Source of the DNA: Camelus ferus
Lineage: Eukaryota
DNA: 64,000 bases
Direction of reading: 5' to 3'
Assembly: GCF_009834535.1 (NCBI RefSeq)
Contig: NC_045696.1
Location: 40,240,001 to 40,304,000, forward strand
Part shown: one piece after another, positions 62,701-64,000 of the stretch
How the letters are laid out: the number at the start of each line of letters is the position of its first letter
Position numbering within the stretch: the first letter of the stretch is position 1
The notes under the pieces: generated by a model
What the model was told of the DNA's origin: nothing
The model's input: only the letters and a program-made list of their open reading frames with translations
The model's database searches: none
Made by a program: the position numbers and the translations under genes

Positions 62701-62852
62701 TCACTGACAGTTTAGCCCCAAAGAATTAGTCACCACACCCTATTAATAATCTGTGGACAAACAGGTTCGCAGTAGTAGAAGGACCAGCAACATCAGAAAT
62801 GCCACTAATAATCAGCAGGGATAGTTTTGTAGGTTTGCCATACAATTTATGA

Positions 62853-62998
62853 TTTTTTTCTTTTTTCTTCTCTTTTAATTTTGGGGGGAGGTAATTAGGT
62901 TATTTATTTATCTATTTCTAATGAAGGTACTGGGGACTGAGCCTAGGACCTCGTGCATCCTAAGCACATGCTCTACCACTGAAATACACCCTTCTCAC
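62853..62998 (-). mobile_element. tRNA-derived SINE (camelid-type)
   Basis: Reverse of the SINE at 20596 ('gggggaggtaattagg...ggtactggggactgagcctaggacctcgtgcatcctaagcacatgctctaccactga'); degenerate TSD caRtttatRattt. Confidence 0.88.
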
Positions 62999-63149
62999 CA
63001 GTTTATAATTTCAAATAACACACAATTCATTTTAAACGTGCCTGTAATTTTTAAATGGTATTTTTAAATCTCCCTTTTAATTAATGCCAAAATGTATGTC
63101 ATTTATGGGGAAAAAACAAAACATCTTAAATCACCGATGAGAAGCCACT

Positions 63150-63370
63150 GGCATAAATAAAAGCACTGAATTTAGCATAAGAAGTCATGGGATCAAGTAC
63201 TGCTTCTGCTGCCCAGCAGCACAACCACTCTGGGCAACATAGTGAGTCTTCCTGAGTCTTCCTTTTCTCTGCTCTAAAATAAGTCTACCTCTCAGGATTG
63301 CTATGATGTTAAATAATGTAACATATGAGAACGTGTCTGGCACTCAGAAGTTACTCAGTAAAAGTTATTT
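63150..63370 (+). mobile_element. MIR
   Basis: 'ctctgggcaacatagtgagtcttcctgagtct...ctacctctcaggattgctatgatgttaaataatgtaac...tctggcactcagaagttactcagtaaaagtt'. Confidence 0.75.
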
Positions 63371-64000
63371 GATAATAATGACTACCAATTATTGAATGCT
63401 TGCTGAAATGCCAGCATAGTGGGCGTTTGGGTGAGTAGAAGCTTCAAGTGTTGCTTTCTGCATACTGCAAATAAGGGTGCTGAGGATCTCTTTGCCTTGT
63501 AGTTCATTTGATGAACTATGGAGTCTCCAACTGCAGTGTGCTGCTACGAGCTGTTAGGCAGTGTGCGTGATTTTGGGGCTTTTTAATATTTCTGGTTTTT
63601 TGAGGGTTTTTTGGTTTGGGAGGGTAGGAGGTTTTTTGTGTTTTTTGTTGTTATTGTTTGTTTGTTTGCTTGCACTAAATGGCACTACATCCATCTTCCC
63701 ACCAGTTCCCCAAGGGAGGAAATTTCTGTAATTGCACAACCCCTTTCCATTCAAGGCCACTTCCCTCCCTTCACCATGGCAATGCCCATCACATATGGGC
63801 AGCTGTGGCATCATTGGAAAAAAGATGGGTGTCCTGGATACCTCATCTAAGGTCTTAGCTCATCCCAGGGACTTCTGGAGCTTTATGCTGCTATTCCCTG
63901 CACACTCCCATTGAGGCTGCTGGCATCCCAAATGCATCCTGGTCCCTACATTTTGATGCAGCAATAGACTTTTGTAAGTCACGTGCGTATTCCCTACAAC

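Larger units (their letters stand above)
48606..64000 (+). other. COL8A1: Intron 1 of COL8A1 (runs off the window)
   Basis: Starts at the GT donor; no downstream COL8A1 exon or Gly-X-Y coding sequence is recognisable in the window, consistent with a long first intron. Confidence 0.75.

Noticed and set aside
1..64000. Prokaryotic-type novel system (CRISPR array, operon, defence island)
   Set aside because: The sequence is mammalian (MIR, L1, L2, MaLR, spliceosomal donor). There are no regularly spaced repeats and no long ORFs; the longest is 179 aa and is L1 antisense.

Overview
This is mammalian genomic DNA, most likely camelid (Camelus/Vicugna), judged from the tRNA-derived SINEs and young L1 3' ends. 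Positions ~1-47.5 kb are repeat-rich intergenic sequence. A CpG-island promoter at ~47.7-48.6 kb is followed by a 70-bp non-coding first exon (48536-48605) that I recognise from memory as COL8A1 exon 1, and the rest of the window is the start of its long first intron. I see no intact protein-coding exon, RNA gene, CRISPR array or prokaryotic system. The ORFs with recognisable homology are retroelement remnants (ERV-L gag/protease/integrase/dUTPase, L1 ORF1/ORF2). The most interesting unexplained signal is an orphan CpG-retaining island at ~18.2-19.7 kb. It spans an ancient L1 5' UTR set head-to-head with an ERV-L LTR, carries MYB, GC-box, CCAAT and ETS motifs, and has a strong splice donor in the COL8A1 orientation; it is a candidate TE-derived, possibly germline, promoter. 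Repeat family names are from recall of consensus sequences, not a database search, and old-repeat boundaries are approximate.
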